This document shows, piece by piece, positions 60,663 through 64,000 of a DNA stretch of 64,000 nt. The notes below the pieces were generated by a model. That model worked only from the letters and a program-made list of their open reading frames with translations. It was not told where the DNA came from and did not search any database. This stretch comes from Mobula hypostoma (Eukaryota), in NCBI RefSeq assembly GCF_963921235.1, contig NC_086108.1, positions 85,128,001-85,192,000 of the forward strand. Reading direction: 5' to 3'. How positions within the stretch are numbered: position 1 is the stretch's first letter; every line of letters starts with the position of its first letter. The position numbers and the translations under genes were made by a program.

Positions 60663-62012
60663 TCAGAATCAGAATCAGAATCAGAATCTAGTTTATTATC
60701 ACTGGCATGTGTCGTGAAATTTGTTATCTTAGCAGCAGCAGTTCAATGCAATACATAATATAGAAGAAGGAAAAAAAAAAGTAAATCAATTACAGTAAAC
60801 CTAAATTGAATAGGTTAAAAATCATGCAAAAAATAGAAATAATATATATATTAAAAAAGTGAGGTGGTGTTCAAGGTTCAACGTCCATTTAGGAATTAGA
60901 TAGCAGAGCGGAAAGAAGCTGTCCCTGAATCACTGAGTGTGTGCCTTCAGGCTTCTGTACCTCCTTCCTGATGGTAACAGTGAGAAAAGGGCATGCCCTG
61001 GGTGCTGGAGGTCCTTAATAATGGACACTGCCTTTCTGAGACACCGCTCCTTGAAGATGTCCTGGGTACTTTGTAGGCTGGTACCCAAGATGGAGCCGAA
61101 TAAATTTACAACCCTCTGCAGCTTCTTTTGATCCTGTGCAGTAGCCGACACCACCCCAACCCCCCGCCCCGCCATACCAGATGGTGATGCAGCCTGTCAG
61201 AATGTTCTCCATGGTACATCTGTAGAAGTTTTTTTGAGTGTATTTGTTGACATACCAAATCTCTTCAAACTCCTAATAAAGTACAGCCACTATTTTGCCT
61301 TCTTTATAACTGCATCGATATGTTGGGACCAGGTTAGATCCTCAGAGATCTTGACACCAAGGAACTTGAAACTGCTCACTCTCTCCACTTCTGATCCCTC
61401 TATGAGGATTGTTACGTGTTCCTTCGTCTTATCCTTCCTGAAGTCCACAATCAGCACTTTCATCTTACTGATGTTGTGCCAGATTGTTGCTGCAACACCA
61501 CTCGACTAGTTGGCATATCTCGCTCCTGTACGCCCTCTTGTCCCCCTCTGAGATTCTACCAACAATGGTTGTATTGTCAGCAAATCTATAGATGATATTT
61601 AAGCTATACCTAGCCACACAATCATCGGTATAGAGAGAGTAGAGCAGTGGGCTAAACACACGCCCCTGAGGTGCACCAGTGTTGATCGTCAGCGATGAGT
61701 TGTTCTCACCAATCCGCACAGCTTGTTGTCTTCCAGTTAGGAAGTTGAGGATCCAATCGCAGAGGGAGGTATAAAGGCCCAGGTTCTGTAACTTCTCAAT
61801 CAGGATTGTGGGAATGATGGCATTAAATGCTGAGCTATAGTTAATGAGCAGCATCGTGACGTAGATGTTTGTGTTGTCCAGGTGGTCTAAAGCCATGTGG
61901 AGAGCCATTGAGATTGCATCTGCTGTTGACCTATTGTGGCAATAGGCAAATTGCAATGGGTCCAGGTCCTTGCTGAGGCAGGAGCTCTGTCTGGTCATGA
62001 CCAACGTCTCAA
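60663..62012 (-). mobile_element. Rex1/Babar LINE (RT to 3' end) inserted in Penelope
   Basis: [43 protein letters not shown]; (ATTCTG)4 tail at 60663-60688. Confidence 0.93.
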
Positions 62013-62235
62013 AACCTACACTGGTGATGCTCCCCAGTTTTTACCCGTTACATTGACAGCTGCATTAGTGCTTCTGGAACCCATGCTGAGCTTTTTAATT
62101 TCACCAACTTCCACTCTACCCTCAAATTTAATAGGTCCATTTCTGACACCTCTCTCCCCTATCTTGATCCCTCTCTCTCCATTTCTGGAAATAGACCACC
62201 TACCGACATTTTTTACAAGCCTACTGACTCACAGT

Positions 62236-62370
62236 CCTCCAACTTTCAAATCCCTTACTCACTCTTCCTTCAGTTAGTCCTGACGAAGGGTCTCGGCCTG
62301 AAACGTCGACTGCACCTCTTCCTATAGATGCTGCTTGGCCTGCTGTGTTCACCAGCAACTTTGATGTATG
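62236..62370 (+). mobile_element. 135-bp hammerhead-bearing Penelope-type insert
   Basis: 11-bp TSD TGACTCACAGT at 62225-62235 and 62371-62381. Confidence 0.85.
62276..62311 (+). ncRNA. Minimal type I hammerhead ribozyme motif
   Basis: Stem I AGTC/GACT, core CTGACGA, stem II AGG-GTCTCGG-CCT, GAAA, minimal palindromic stem III ACGT, GUC cleavage triplet (cut after 62307). Confidence 0.75.
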
Positions 62371-63929
62371 TGACTCACAGTTATCTTGACTATACCTTTT
62401 CCCACCTTGTCACTTGTAAAAATGCTGTTCCGTTCTCTCAGTTCTCCCATTTCCGCTGCATCTGTTCTCAGGATGATACTATCTATTTCAGAACATTCGA
62501 GATGTTTCTTCATGGGTTTACTCAAGGTGCTCGGTTTCAAAGAGCAGGGTTTCCCTTCCACTATCAACAATGCCATATTCACCTGCACATCCTCTATTCC
62601 CCACATATCTGCCCTCATCCCATCCTCCCACCATCATAACAGAGATAATGTCTCCCTTATCCCTATCTACCACTCAATGAGCCTTCGTATCCAGTACATC
62701 ATTCTCCATAACTTTTGCCATCTCTAATGGAATTCTAGTTCTAAACACTCCTCTCCCTCTCCCTTCTCTGCTTTCTGTAGGGATCACTCTATGTGACTCC
62801 CTTGTCCACTCATCCCTCCCCACTGAGCTCCTTCCAGGCACTTAGCAAATGGCACAAGTGCCACAACTACTCCTACACCCTTCCCTCATCACCATCCTGG
62901 TCCCCAAAAAGTCCTTCCACATGAGGCGACACTTCACCTGCAGGCCAGTCTGGGTTGTCTACTGTATCCGGTGCTCCCGGTGTGGCCTCCCCTCCTTCGG
63001 TGAGACCAGATGCAGATTGGGACACCACTTTATCAAGCACCACCACTCTGTCTGCTGCAAAAGGTATGATCTCCTTGTGGCTACTATTTTCACTTAACTT
63101 CCTATTCCCATTCTGACATGTCTATCCATGGCCTCCTCTAATATCTTGATGAGGTCAAACTCAGGTTGGAGGAACAACATCTCATATAATGTCTGAGAAA
63201 CCTCCATCCGTATGGCATAAATATTGATTTCCTCGAACTTCCAATAATTTATCCCCTCCGTCCTATTCCTTTTTTCCGTTCCTCTTTTTAGTTACCTTCT
63301 CACCACTTCATTTCTCCTCATCTGCCATCGCCTCCCTTTTTTCCCCTCCTCTTTCTGTTCCTTTCATGGTCGAGTGTCTTCTCTTATTTGATTCCTTCAC
63401 CTCTTCCTCATATCCTCTCCCACCCTCTTACTTCATGTCCACTCCCCACCCACCTGCCTTCCTCCTCAGCTGGTCTTACCTATCACCTACTAGATTGTAA
63501 TTTTTCCTCTCCCTCTACTTTCTTATTCTTGTTTCGTCTCCCTTCTTTCCCAGTCCTGATGGAGGGTCTCCTCTTAGCCCAAAGCACCATCTCTTTATTC
63601 CCCTCCATAGACTTGCTGAGTTACTCCATCATTTTGTGCGTGTTGCTCACATTTTCTAGCATCTGTAGAATCCCTTGTATTTAAGTTATTATATTTGTTT
63701 TTTCTGCTTTCAATACTAGCATATTGTGCTTGTATCAGTGTTTGCATTTTATAAGTTGTTCTTCTGGCTTTTATGATTGTAAATGTGCTTTTATAATTGC
63801 AATATCATGTAAATAAATCTTTTTATGTGTTTGGAGAAATGTATAATAACACCATTTAAAATAAATCTCATGGCATTAATATTTTGTTAAATTCTAAATT
63901 GAAGAAATTAAAAATTCTAGATGGAATAT

Positions 63930-64000
63930 GTAAACACAGGATCTCTGTAGATGCTGGGAATCCAGAGTAACACATATAAAATGCTGGAGGAACTTGGCAG
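63930..64000 (-). mobile_element. Penelope-like terminal motif running off the window end
   Basis: GATGCTGGGAATCCAGAG..AATGCTGGAGGAACTTGGCAG. Confidence 0.7.

Larger units (their letters stand above)
60505..63685 (+). mobile_element. Penelope-like element (RT C-half, GIY-YIG endonuclease, 3' UTR), interrupted twice
   Basis: LVLDLNNFSFGSSHFLQDKG; LPFLE/YKPTD(S)HSYLDYT; GIY-YIG-like FTC..VVYCIRCSRCGLPSFGETRCRL; KLRLEEQHLI. Confidence 0.88.

Noticed and set aside
60276..60758. 160-aa ORF as a novel gene
   Set aside because: Chance read-through of unique DNA, a Penelope RT piece and the antisense Rex1 (ATTCTG)n tail, which gives SESESES.

Overview
Eukaryotic, vertebrate non-coding DNA that is mostly transposable-element debris. 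The repeat mix (abundant CR1, Rex1/Babar, Penelope-like elements, V-SINE and Deu-SINE-like SINEs) suggests a cartilaginous fish; this is inference from repeat recognition only. No intact host gene, rRNA, tRNA gene or CRISPR array is supported. Elements seen: many CR1 and Rex1 fragments, a near full-length RTE LINE with 11-bp TSDs, three decayed Gypsy copies, two solo LTRs, and hAT (Charlie/Buster), Tc1 (Passport-like) and Tigger/pogo DNA transposons. Highlights: (1) an intronless RBM25 mRNA fragment (~36955-37807, minus strand, missed by the ORF track) sits inside a Gypsy element in place of RT-RNaseH-integrase, a candidate LTR-mediated gene capture; (2) minimal hammerhead-ribozyme motifs in Penelope-type repeats, including a 135-bp TSD-flanked insert with an intact core at 62276-62311; (3) the same ~340-bp fold-back MITE occurs inside two unrelated DNA transposons. 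Family names come from motif recognition by eye, not database searches. Boundaries of old fragments are approximate.
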